64,000 bases of DNA from Pecten maximus. Taxonomy: Eukaryota. Below, in pieces: positions 1 through 12,089 of this stretch. The translations under genes and the position numbers were made by a program. The stretch spans positions 32,364,001-32,428,000 of the forward strand of contig NC_047027.1 of NCBI RefSeq assembly GCF_902652985.1. The letters are read 5' to 3'. Each line of letters begins with the position of its first letter. The stretch's first letter is position 1. The notes beneath the pieces were generated by a model. The model was not told the DNA's origin. It did not search any database and saw only the letters and a program-made list of their open reading frames with translations.

Positions 1-1250
1 CAAGAACATGTCACCGATTGAACGACAACTATTACAAAATTGGGCAGACGAAAATGCCTCAAATTCTTTAAATCCAAAAATGTGCGCTTGTATTTCTGCC
101 AAAAACGAAATGTACACAATGATCCAGATCTTACACCTGATGGCAGTAATATCCCTGTTGTCGAACAGACAAGATTTCCAGGCCTCATTTTCGATTCGTA
201 ACCCTCTTTCATTCCACCCTTAAAATATCTAAAAGATAAGTGTTCGAAGGCATTGGGCATTATAAGAGTCCTTTCTCTCACTGATTTGGGAAACGCTTTT
301 ACTCATTTGCAGATCCCTTATTCGACCTGGTTTACGGTTGTATGGTAAATTGGTCAGCGTGCAGTTCTTACCTGCATATACTTCATCTAACTTTACGTTG
401 TATGAGAGAGGTAAATCCAGTGAAATGCCCGAGAAACACAAATCCTCCTTTCGGGAATGCATTACGAATTATTCTTCACGCACACAACTTTACACAGATG
501 GTTCAAGCGAAGTTGAAAAAGTGGCTGCAGCCTGTTGCACTACTAGTTTTTGCACTTCAGTTGGACTACCAGACAGCGCCTCCATCTTTCCCGTCGAAAC
601 ATGCTCCATCGATCTGGCCCTCGACCAAATCGATAACTATCGCATTAAAAAGGAAGTCATTTGTTCCGACAATGTCTATCCTTCAAAGTTTACAGTTACG
701 AGCTCCAAAACACACTCGTCCAAAATCTTGTTTTTCAAATATCTCGTATCTTTGAAAAAGTCAAATAATTTTACTTTGGAATCCGGCCTTTGTCGGATTT
801 AAAGGTAACCGGAAGCAAAAAGGGGGTTTAAAATACTAAGAAACAAGCAACAAATATCAAACTAATATATGTTCAAACCTGTTATTTGTAATGTCATTCA
901 AAGTAAATGACAGCAACGCCGGTCTCTCGGGACCGCCAAAAACTATATAAAATACAACCAAAGCTTTAAACATCCATTCACAGTCGGAAAAAAATTGTAC
1001 AGAGGATGTTGTTCACTCACGGCTCCGTACCGGGCACACATATCGTACGCATTCCTTTGTTTAAAAACGAGATTATCCGTCAACATGTCAATCATTTGAC
1101 ACTCAATTAACAGCGGGGCATTTTGTCATGGAATATTCCGATTTAAGCACATTCGTGATAACTACTTTCCAAACCCGTATATGAAACTATCTTCAATTTC
1201 GTGGATTGGAAAGCTCTATTTAGCTTTTTGAAAGACATCGATATGTTCCA
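1..1250 (+). mobile_element. Decayed I-group (I/Nimb/Ingi-like) non-LTR retrotransposon, 3' part: RT C-terminus, RNase H and C-terminal region
   Basis: Broken frames give LQNWADEN, HNDPDL..DGSNIPVVEQTRFPGLIFDS*PSFIP..KYLKDKCSKALGIIRVLS, RNase H LYTDGS..KVAAA..LPDSASIF..E..IDLALD (ORF 338-802), RLRTGHT..THS (~1020-1055) and FLKDID (~1225-1243). Stops and frameshifts throughout. Confidence 0.85.
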
Positions 1251-1260
1251 TTGACCTTGA

Positions 1261-1440
1261 TTTGGTTTTGTTTATTATTTTTTAACGCCAACATCTAAAG
1301 TCATTTGTTAAGGACGGCCTTCCGTGCGTACGACATGCATGTTGGTGTTTGCGTATGTGCGTGTTTTGAGAGACAACGGTAAAGTATCTTTGTCACAGTC
1401 CGATTTATAGCGCTACCTCACTGAAACATACTGCCGAAAA
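1261..1440 (-). mobile_element. Degenerate partial copy of the MetaSINE/MESC-like SINE
   Basis: Aligns by eye to 52980-53180 (aaggacggcct..cgacatgcatg..cgatttatag.gctacctcactgaa.catactgccgaa). Confidence 0.75.
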
Positions 1441-2923
1441 CTTTGATGTTCTTTTAATTATTCTTTGACTTTATCACATAGTCAACATATTTTTTTTGTC
1501 ATCGTTTTTTATATTGATATTTTAACCTTTTATTCCAATTATCTAATTATACAATGCGGATGCTTTTAGAAATGATAATACAACAGAATATTTGTTTGTA
1601 ATAAGGTAGTAAATGAATCACTATGGTCCTAAATCATCGCAGTCATCGATTGTCCATGAAAACCAAACGAACAAATGATAACATACTAACACATTATTAA
1701 GCATATTAAGCACATTATAACCATGCTTACTATACCCGATGTTTCACCCGTAAATTGTGCGCAGCTCTAGACGATATGGACAATGTTACATTTATTTGCG
1801 ACATATTCACATTGATTGACTTCGCCATTAAAACTGACGAAACAGTAATCCGGAAAAGCGCATGACCTATAGATACAGCAGATATAAGCAGATATCGATG
1901 TGTTTTTCGCTGGAAAAAACTTCCTCAGGTCTATATAGGCAGCATCCACTCCGTTACACCGACACTGTGCCGGAAAGGTTACGATGACATACCCAAATTG
2001 TCTGCGCATGCGTATTACCTCTTCCTGTTCTCCTTCGTAATAATACTCCACTTCCAACCTATTCGTCGACGAAGATACATCTGCTTTTCTTGTGAGTGTT
2101 TAATTCGTAATATACACTGCATAATGATTTATTATTTTGTTCTTTTCCAGACTAACGCAAACATTTCGGATGTATTGTTATTAGAATACTCAAAATTGTG
2201 GTGATTTGACATACGTTTTGTGGTATGTATGGAAAATGTTTATTGTAGTTCATTGTCATTATGTATTGTCACAGAGATACAGAAGTTTTTGATGAAGTAG
2301 CCCATAATGGGCATTTTTATCCTTGATGTTCTCTTTATTTACAAAACCGATTTTCAACATAAACAAATTCTGTTTTTTAAATATAAATTGCAGGTGGTTT
2401 TTATAAAGGTTACTGTTGTTTAATGTAATCAAACACTTGTATACTATACTGTAATTGGCTGCGCATTGCTTGCTTCATATGATCCGTTTTTACACCTAGA
2501 GCCGCCCTTACAATAGATCCTTCCTAGCTAGAAACCTGTATAGAATGACTTCTAATACTTCAGATCAATTCTATTGTCGCTACGAAAACATCCATTTTAT
2601 CAAGTATTCTCGAATAATAATGTTAATAAGCTGATGAACAGGCTGCCTACGGAGTAATATGTAAATAATATTTATATAGGTCTAAAGGTTTCCTATTTAT
2701 GTTACTTTTACAGACGTGTTTCTGCATTTCATATAATCTTGTAATTAATGACGTATCAAAGTTTTAGTCACGAAATGTTTTAGGCTCGGTAACGATTTGT
2801 AGAGTTGTGTAAATTTACATAAAACAGGTTAGGCCAAATCACACCTCAGTAAGATGCTACATCTTTATATATATATTTATATATATACGTTTCAATATCA
2901 CAGGTAACGAAACAACACACCCG

Positions 2924-3318
2924 ATGAAGATGGAGATTGTGTTAGACAAAAGCAGTTTGCCGGAGTCAGAAAGAGATTTGTTAGAAAACAAAACAATCGT
3001 GGTTCTTGGGGACGAACAGGTCAATGACAAATGGATTCGGTCTACCCTAACGAACTATGGAATCAAAGTAAATATATTTTATATTACTTTTTATAATATG
3101 GGTTTTTTTCAGTATTTCAGAATATTTTGTTCCGAATGCTAATGAGAAATATAATTAATAATTTAATTTAATTAATGTATAAAAAGACCAAAATGTTAAT
3201 TTCGAATACAGATTTGCGCCCCCTGTATCATACATTTAGTTTCGTATTACACATGATTATACGATGCGGCGTGCGCGAACGAAGTTTTCACGATGTATAC
3301 AAGAGAAAATAAACGTTC

Positions 3319-3352
<34 letters not shown>

Positions 3353-4956
3353 GTCAGAGAGGATTTTTCGACCCCACAACTATCCGCTCACAAATATCTC
3401 CCCCTTCCACACCATAATGCCGTACATCATTATCATGCACACAACATTATAATGTTCCTTATTATCATTCAAACAGCAGTATTATGTAACTCATTACCGT
3501 GCCGAACAGAGTAATACTTAAGCAAGAAACAGATCAGTACTTTTCCGGTGTAAGGTATCCGAAATATTGCCAAAACAGTTGGTTACTTAACTTGACATTT
3601 TGAAAACATATTGAATAACTAACAGTTATGGCGTCATGTTTAAAAGATCTTTACATGCGGAATTGGTTGATTTTAATTATCAATTTTAATGTTTGACAGT
3701 TTGATGTAATTGATGATAATGATGTTGATTTTCTCTTTCAGTTGATCCTGGTTGAAACTGAGTCCGATATTGCTCCACATGGGGAGGTCTACAAGTATAT
3801 ACAGTATGATTTCACTGACCATCGACAAGACGAAACACATGCCGACAGAATAGCGCAGATATTGACAGCTCTTGAGCTCTCCATCAATGGATGCTGTACT
3901 TTCACTGATAAATGCGGACCACTAGCTGCTTATTTATGTGAGAGGCTAGAGCTGACTGGAGGTGCCGGCGTATTGGGAGCGACGAATGTCAGGAGCAAAA
4001 GTTCAACACACATGTACCTACAGAAAGAAACCAACGGTGTTCGACAGTTCCCTCGAACTTACCAGTTCTCTGGCAGATCTGCTAAGATCACATGCGCAGA
4101 ATCACTGAGATCTGCAGAAAAGACTGTTGGATTTCCAGCGGTACGTAAACCGGATAAAGAATCATTTGCTTATGGAGTTCATCTGATTCGGAACAAAGAG
4201 GAATATGAACGTCTGGGGGAGAAACTCGCAGATGGGAATTCAATGATGATAATGGAATATTTTGATGGCACTGAACACGACATTGATGTAATCATTTATG
4301 AAGGAGAAGTCATCGCCGCCATTGTGTCAGACAATGGTCCTACAAGAAAAGGATCCTTCGTGGAAACGTCTATGTCAATGCCAACGTGTCTACCTCCATC
4401 CAAGGCCGCGCAACTCAGGAGAGCAGCATCGCACTGTTGTATTGATATCGGCCTCCGTAATGGCGTTTTTAACGTAGAGATGAAGTTTACGTCCACAGGT
4501 CCGAAGCTGCTGGAGATCAATGGGCGGATGAATGGGATTTATATCCGAGACTGGACATACACTTGCTTCGGATTCGATCCGCTTTGGTATGTGATGGTTA
4601 TTGCTTCAGGAATCCGACCACCAGTTCCGATAGAAAAATCAGACGTCCACATGATGGGTATCACATGTGCTTGGCCTGTACACCAACATCTTCTCTGTCA
4701 AAAGCAATTTGGGACACAAATTGATGATCTTATCAAGTCTGGTGAAATTCATTTCTTTGGTAAGAAGTTCTATGACCGTGAAGATAGTAACACCGGAAAT
4801 GCCGTGCTTGTTTGCAACGTTGCAGTTGTTAAGCATGACTTACCACACGCAAAATCGGAACTCCTTAAAATATGTGAATTGTTGGGTATTCACACGTCAC
4901 TCTTTGATGTCCCGAAATACTTATCAGATTTCGTCCATTCCAATTCCTTGATGTGA
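2924..4956 (+). CDS. CARNS1: Carnosine synthase 1-like ATP-grasp amino-acid ligase (C-terminal domain only), 2 coding exons, 452 aa
   Basis: Exons 2924-3067 (donor GTAAAT at 3068) and 3742-4956 (acceptor ttctctttcag), phase 0. Motifs YDFTDHRQDETHA, MEYFDGTEHDIDV, VSDNGPTR..FVET..MPTCL, GVFNVEMK, GPKLLEIN.RM.G.YIRDW match my recollection of the CARNS1 C-terminal ATP-grasp region. An acceptor at 2901-2903 suggests an upstream, probably non-coding, exon. The symbol denotes homology, not proven orthology. Confidence 0.85.
3320..3347. repeat. (GA)n microsatellite in intron
   Basis: Perfect GA run. Confidence 0.95.
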
Positions 4957-5211
4957 CTTATTTGCAAAAATTATTCAGGTACCTCATAGTGCAAGCAACA
5001 TATTTCAGCGATATTGTGAGTGTCCACTTCTCAAAGAAAAACGAGAATATTGAATGGTATGCAACCATTTCATCTTGAATATTTATTTCGAAATATAAAT
5101 TTCCATAACCAGATATGTGTAAAATTTGTATTCGGAGACATGAGGTTTTGATTAGTGACGAAAATTATTAGAAATCTTGTTCTTGTACAACATCAAAGCA
5201 TTAAATAATTT

Positions 5212-5370
5212 GCCGGTACAGCATGTTAAAACCTTATCATGTTTGATGATATATTTACTAATAATTGGCCGGTACAGCATGTTAAAACCTTATCGTGTTT
5301 GATGATATATTTACTAATAATTGGCCGGTACAGCATGTTAAAACCTCATCATGTTTGATGATATATTTAC
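5212..5370. repeat. 56-bp tandem repeat, about 3 copies
   Basis: gccggtacagcatgttaaaacc... starts at 5212, 5268 and 5324. Confidence 0.9.
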
Positions 5371-5477
5371 CCACGACTTACTTATCCCTGACTAGTTTTC
5401 AGTTATATTGTTTTTGATGTGTAAATCTGAATGTCACATTAATTGTTGAATTTTGTATACCAAAAGATTGAATTTCT

Positions 5478-5683
5478 ACCCTATACTACCTACTCAATAC
5501 TACCCGACACCACTCAATATTACTTAATATTACCCGATACCACTCAATAACACCCGACACCAATCAATATTACTTGATATTACCAGATACCACTCAATAC
5601 TACCAAATAATAACCGATGCCTTTCAATACTACCCGACACCGCTCAATATTACTTAATATTACCCGACACCACCTAATACTAT
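5478..5683. repeat. Degenerate short-unit tandem repeat
   Basis: Repeated tacccgacaccactcaatattacttaatat-like units. Confidence 0.75.
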
Positions 5684-6695
5684 TCCTTTGTGACCGAATG
5701 TATATTTGGTTTCCTTTATGACCGACTGTATGATATTTGGTTTCCTTTATGACCGAATGTATTATATTTGGTGTTCCTTTGTGACCGACTGTATGATATT
5801 CGGTGTTCATTTGTGACCGACTGTATGCTATTTTGTGTCCCTTTGTGACCGACTGTATGATATTTGGTGTTCCTTTGTGACCGACTGTATGATATTTGGT
5901 GTTCCTTTATGACCGACTGTATGATATTCGGTGTTCCTTTGTGACCGACTATCATATTTGGTGTTCCTTTGTGACCGACTGTATTATATTTGGTGTTCCT
6001 TTGTGATCGACTGTATGATATTTGGTGTTCCTTTGTGACCGACTATCATATTCGGTGTTCATTTGTGACCGACTGTATGATATTTGGTGTTCCTCAGTGA
6101 CCGACTGTATTATATTTGGTGTTCCTTTGTGATCGACTGTATGATATTTGGTGTTCCTTTGTGACCGACTGTATGATATTTTGTGTCCCTTTGTGACCGA
6201 CTGCATGATATTTAGTGTTCCTTTGTGACCGACTGTATGATATTTGGTTTTCCTTTGTGACCGACTGTATATTTGGTGTTCCTTTGTGACCGACTGTGTG
6301 ATATTTGGTGTTCCTTTGTGACCGACTGTATGATATTTTGTGTCCCTTTGTGACCGACTGCATGATATTTAGTGTTCCTTTGTGACCGACTGTATGATAT
6401 TTGGTGTTCCTTTGTGACCGACTGTATGATATTTGGTGTTCCTTTGTGACCGACTGTAGGATATTTGGTGTTCCTTTGTGACCGACTGCATGATATTTGG
6501 CGTTCCTTTGTGACCGACGGTATGATAATTTGTGTTCCTTTGTGACCAACTGTATGATATTTGGTGTTCCTTTGTGACCGACGGTATGATATTTGGTGTT
6601 CCTTTGTGACCGACTGTATGCTATTTGGTGGTCCTTTGTGACCGACTGTATGATATTTGGTGTTCCTTTGTGACCGATTGTACGATATTTGATGT
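5684..6695. repeat. 33-bp minisatellite, about 30 copies
   Basis: Consensus tgtgaccgactgtatgatatttggtgttccttt. Confidence 0.95.
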
Positions 6696-8849
6696 CCATT
6701 TCCTGCTGTATTCAATAAACAATTATGAAGAAAAAAACGTTTACTGTAGTTATTCATTTACAAATTTTAAATGTTCTGATCATCTACGGCGAGCAAATAC
6801 GGGATTTGCTAAGACGAGGGTAGAGTGGGCCAAACATTAGTTTAAAATGGTTCAAATCATTAAAGCAGTACATACGTGCATGAAATATATGGGGACTAAT
6901 AGAGTTTCACTAAAAGCAAGCAACATGTTAAGTGGGAACTTGACAGCACAAGATTTCCCGAACACTAAAGAAAATACTAACAATGCACCATTATTTCATG
7001 TCTAATTCCATATTTATTTCATCACAAAGTATATCACACACACGGACGACACGTGTTGTCAAAACAACTTAAGTTGAATACAGTACCTGAACAAAACAAA
7101 ATTAATCATCGTCAACATCGGTCAGTGACCACCTTTTTAATCAAAAGTAATTGTTGGTAACCTTGTATGGAAAGGCAAGTGTCGAAATACCTTTATGAAA
7201 GCTTGTACTTTAATGTTATATCGATGCTAAAATTTGGTTTGGGGAATGTGATATTTTCTTACCTAATGACACGTATTGAACCTTTATTAAATCAAAGACT
7301 CAACTTAGAATCAAACTGCTTTTAGTTGGAAGTTATGGGCTGATGAATGCCAACTTGACAACGGCACATTTAATAAATCTTCAAGTTGAATTCACCTTTG
7401 TCCAGACGACGATTTTTCATAAATATATGCAGGGATTTTCTTCGTAGGATAAATAAACAAATTATTATCGTACAAGACCGATACATGTATATAGCTATCT
7501 TTCGTTACCGGCGACATGGCAATTTTGACGATCACAATGATAGTGACGTCATAATAAAGGTTTCAATGTATTGACTCGTAACCTTTCAGTGAGCTAGGTA
7601 AAGTTATAAAGTGGGACTACAGTTTATATGTATATATTTGTCCTACGAGTACTTTGCCCATTGAATTTGGATTTTAGATTTCTCAATGATTAAGTATCAT
7701 TGGCTATTCTCCAATTGTTCATCGGACTAAAATATTGTATAATTACGGTCAACGTATCACGCCTGGTGTGTTTCTCAGATTACTGCCGGTTACCTCATGT
7801 AAATGGTGATGTCCGGCAGATTGTTCCTGGCATGATAAATTCATTTCCCAACCATTTCAAATAAAAGATAATTTATTCAACTTCTGTATCTCTATTACCA
7901 ATATAAGTTTTCAACCGCCCGCAAACAAGTCATTTTAAGAAAAAATGTGTGGTACTTATTTCATATTCATTATACATGTACGTTCTTATAAAATATCTTT
8001 ATAGTGTAGGTTTATCTGATATTGAAGAATGATGTAATATATATGAGTTATAAGGCTGTTATTCAATGAACTATACATTAGATAATACCATATACAGGTG
8101 TCCCAGCAGTACTTAAATAAGTATAACAATTAACGTAGAAAAAATACTCAGAATATACGTAAACTTTTATAACACAAAATCCTAATAAAAGTATTTTTGT
8201 AATGTTTAACATGAGTTTATCAATAACCTCAATAAACATTCATTAAAATTTACAATCAATAAATACATTTGATTGAACTTTTACCAGGCTATGAAATACA
8301 TGTATAATACACTACTTACTCGCACAACAAAAAGCACATTCGTTTTGTCTAAATTTTCAATAATTCACATTTACCCTTACAACTGGTCATATCCCAATTG
8401 TTCTTTGCCATTGTTCTACATGAAAATATACATTCATTCTTATTTGCCCTTGCTTGATCGATTCTGATTTTGAATATTTCTAATTCGCTTGCATATCAGT
8501 ATTTTCTAGTCGTTTGGTTTAAACATTTCTTTTTCTTTGGAAGAAAATCGTCCATACCAACAATGGAGTATACAAAGACCACACTATCAGCAAACGTGTG
8601 CCTACATAACACATATATCACCAATTAGAGGAATGTAAATATCTGTCAAACAAAACAAATGTTTTCACACATTATGATTTCATTATCGCTTTAAAACATA
8701 TCAGGATAATTCACAAAAAAATAATTATTATCATTTATGTAAAATTAAACTTCTTCAAGTATAAATATACAACACAATCAGAAAAAGGTTCATAATAAAT
8801 CGTTCAAACATAACAATTTTGACTAAAAGTTTATGGTTATATACAAAAC

Positions 8850-9274
8850 AAATCAAATTAAATTATAGATGATCATTCTCACCACGCTACACGGACATCT
8901 AACGGCATTGCATAAGGGGTCATGTCATGATAACCTTTTGGATTAACCAATCAAATTAATTCTTACATAATCTAGGAAGTGAGTTTCGTGTGGGCGACAT
9001 AGCATGACTAGAATGCATGGCTTGCATAATCTGTCAATTTGTTTGAAGCATTTCGTCCAACGAAGCATAAAACTATATGCATGCCGTATCGAAATAGTTA
9101 GCTTCAGATGCATGATGTGACGATAGTCGAGATCAATGACTAAGAAAATTGACAATTAGTCCTGAAAGTGAAATATTGAGATTACAAAGGTCACCAGAAC
9201 GTGACCCCTTATGCGATGTCGTTAGATGTTTATGTAACAGAGTGAGAATGACCATCTAGATTTTAATAAGATTG
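8850..9274. mobile_element. MITE with ~70-bp terminal inverted repeats (family A, copy 1)
   Basis: TIR consensus caatctaattaaaatctagatggtcattctcactacgttacatgaacatctaacgacatcgcataaggggtcacg; related copies at 40124-40474 and 52863-52978. Confidence 0.8.
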
Positions 9275-9346
9275 ATACAATACATATCATTTTAAGTACA
9301 CATTACGCTAAATAAAAAATATAAATTCAACGATGTTACTTATACA

Positions 9347-9456
9347 CAGTCAAACCTGCCTTACTGACAACCGGAATTAAGCGAACACCTCTCATATAAG
9401 ACCCTAATTAATGTTCACTTCAAGCGTTGGAAGGCTACCTATGACAGGTTTGACTG
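9347..9456. mobile_element. Small Tc1/mariner-type MITE
   Basis: TIRs cagtcaaacctg ... caggtttgactg, followed by TA on the right. Confidence 0.65.
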
Positions 9457-10196
9457 TATATCACAAAGACACAGATATCGCCTATTTGATAATGAATTCC
9501 ATGTATTACTGATAAACGATTTCTTCACAATATGACCACTAAAATCAAGGAAATACCCAAAAATCCTGAAAATAAGCCCCCTTTATGTCCACTTCATTTA
9601 GTATTGACATATCTGAGTTTATACATATATTGTTTTTATTTGGAAATGTTTTTAGGTTTGATATTTTGCGATAAAAATAATAATATAGACTGTTTTTGTT
9701 TTTCTATAGAGGTCGCACTACGTATTTTTCAAACTGGCTTAAGATGGTCAGCTTACTTGAGGTACATGCTAATTTCTGAGACTGGCTGATTTTCGAGGCT
9801 TAGGTATTGTCAAGAAAAGTTTCCCTGCAACAAAATCGTCGCTTATTTTCAAGACTTGGAAGTATCCTAGAAATTAACCATGGAATGATGTATGTATTTT
9901 GCATTGAGCTTTGCAATAAAGAACACACAAAAAGTATAACACGTTTAAAATCACAATGTTAGAATATCAAACAGACAAATCTAAAACTATTAGTAAAGGT
10001 TAATAAAACTACTTTATCACAAAGAATGCTACAAAAACTACTTTATCACAAAGAATGCTACAAAGCTAAAAGTTTATTATCTTGAAAAATAGGTTTGAGC
10101 AAAATTTATAAAGATAAATGGCATCAATTCTGACAGCTAATTCTAGAAAGCCTATATAGACAGAAATATACTGTAAATCACTTTAATTTATAGTTG

Positions 10197-10545
10197 TATA
10201 ATTTAATTTTGTATGAAACACGCATTTTCATTGGCTGAAATAATTTTGTTATACCTCCATAACAAAATTTTTGACGTTGCGAAATGTCATTTTTGATTGG
10301 CTGATGACGTTGCGTAATAATTTATCACAGAAAAGAGTTCGCCAAAGAAAGTGAAATACCTTGATGTGTATAAGACGAAATTAAATTATAAGAATTAACA
10401 TTAATTATTTTTTCTGTTATACAGTCATAACATAAAAAACTGGAGTGTACTCTCTTCATAAACCGCTTCGCGGTTTATTTAGAGTACACTCCAGTTTTTT
10501 CTGTTGTGACTGTATAACAGAAAAAATAATTGATGTTAATCCTTA
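10197..10545. mobile_element. Non-autonomous palindromic DNA element (possibly Crypton-derived)
   Basis: Inverted repeat tataatttaattttgtat...acgaaattaaattata followed by a ~157-bp near-perfect palindrome (10389-10545) centred on ccgcttcgcgg. Confidence 0.55.
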
Positions 10546-10599
10546 AATATAGATAGAATGCAATAGTGTAAATGAAAGATAAGGAACCACTATTTCATC

Positions 10600-10700
10600 T
10601 AAAAATTTCACACGAGCACCAGGCAACTGCCCCACGTTGGTTTCGAACTCGCGACCCGGAGTTTGAGATCAAGTGTCGGGACACCTTAACCACTCGGCCA
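10600..10700 (-). mobile_element. tRNA-derived SINE head fragment
   Basis: Minus strand: A box tggccgagtggttaagg and B box gagttcgaaacc, followed by gtggggcagttgcc; no tRNA acceptor stem. Confidence 0.7.
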
Positions 10701-11399
10701 ACCCTTAAATAATATGCCAGGGAGAACGCTAATCACTCTGAGATGGCTAGTAAACCAGGTGATTTGTGATTATGGCTCTTTTTCATTTCTGTATAATATC
10801 AATTAATTCACCTAATCATTAAAAACTGATGGAAAGCGGTTTCCATAATAGGGCCAACTGCCTTACAATAACTTGATATAACGCTAGTGTTCTGACCGTT
10901 TTTATGTATATGTATATGGTAGACACGCGGCATCATAAAATGGCAAATTTACAAAAGACTGGACCTGGCAAATTTACAAAAGATATGACCTAACACTTAC
11001 ACCCATATTGATGTAATATTGAAATTATTAACCAAATGTAAATGTTAAAGAATATAAATATTTGAGCATAAAAGATTATACATTAACACTAGTATTTTTA
11101 TTATATAACGCGATAAATAAATGTATATCTAATGTCTTACTTGAGCATCCTGACGATTAGCACTGTGACAGCAGTGAATGTTTTTAGACCGGCAATATAT
11201 AATCACAACTGGCCGGTCAGACAAACATTTTTGAGCAAATTGAACCATCGTAAAGAAGTTGGTTGTAGTCGATAGTACTCAATGACTTGTATCATATGAA
11301 ACTTGTTAAAAATTTAAATCAACATAAAGTTTGGCAAACACAGGAAACAACTTAAAACAACAGAAAGTGTAGAATGTTGATATATGATAGAGCTTAACT

Positions 11400-11870
11400 T
11401 CCTTTAAAGAAAAAGACGTCATACCAAGTTATGCTGGTTACAGACTTTCCCCGACGTAATTCGGATATAACCAACCATCTCCGCTGGTCAAGCATCCTCT
11501 GTACCAATGTGATCCGTCTTTTCATAGCTCTGACATATCGTATGAAGGCATTCCACATAACGTGTGGTCTTTCATGAAATATTCATCAAACAAACTTAAC
11601 GGTCCGATTGATTTCGTTGAAAACGGTTCCGGAAAATCTGACCAATCAGAAACGTCGTTGTATTTGTTTTTTGTTAGCTTGTTTGGCAAGATAGCAGATA
11701 GAAACCTATACCGACACATTAGCATGGTCATCTTGGTATAACTTCCTTTTAGGCGAAAAAGAGCTTCATTAATAACAAGAATTATGTTTGGTAGATAACA
11801 ATGAGTATTAATGTCAAACGGAGGGATGCTTTCAAATACAACTCCGTGGGGTGGAATTTTCTTACCAAGT
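11400..11870 (-). mobile_element. Possible highly decayed piggyBac-like transposase fragments
   Basis: Translations YLPNIILVINEALFRLKG, FPEPF..IGP.LSLFDEYF and GWLY..YVGEK...YDV loosely resemble piggyBac motifs, but the order is scrambled. Confidence 0.3.
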
Positions 11871-12089
11871 ATTTCCTCTTATCCGAGATAATTCTTTCAA
11901 CAAACCTATTCTTCTAGACGAGGGAAACTAATGTCATAAACTATTTCCTCTTGTCATTGGGAATTAGTTTTATACAATATTCATTCTACTGTCAGTCTCA
12001 TACTGACGTCAGATACAAATTATTTCCACTTGGAATAAAACCAATGGCATAGTTTGAGTTTAAACAACAATTTCCATCTTTGTCACAAA

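Noticed and set aside
338-802. RNase H ORF as a host gene
   Set aside because: Embedded in a frameshifted, stop-riddled LINE remnant.
4296-4951. Antisense and alternative-frame ORFs inside coding exons (also 42136-42492, 50255-50491)
   Set aside because: Shadows of the real coding frames.
5684-6695. CRISPR-like regular repeats (also 21686-24645)
   Set aside because: Head-to-tail units with no unique spacers, no cas genes, eukaryotic context.
5580-6757. Several long minus-strand ORFs (up to 201 aa) with repeated peptides
   Set aside because: Artefact of a 33-bp (3n) stop-free minisatellite that is open in all three frames; no splice or domain evidence.
10600-10700. tRNA genes (also 33185-33312 and 33970-34100)
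   Set aside because: A and B boxes are present but there is no complete cloverleaf; better explained as SINE heads.
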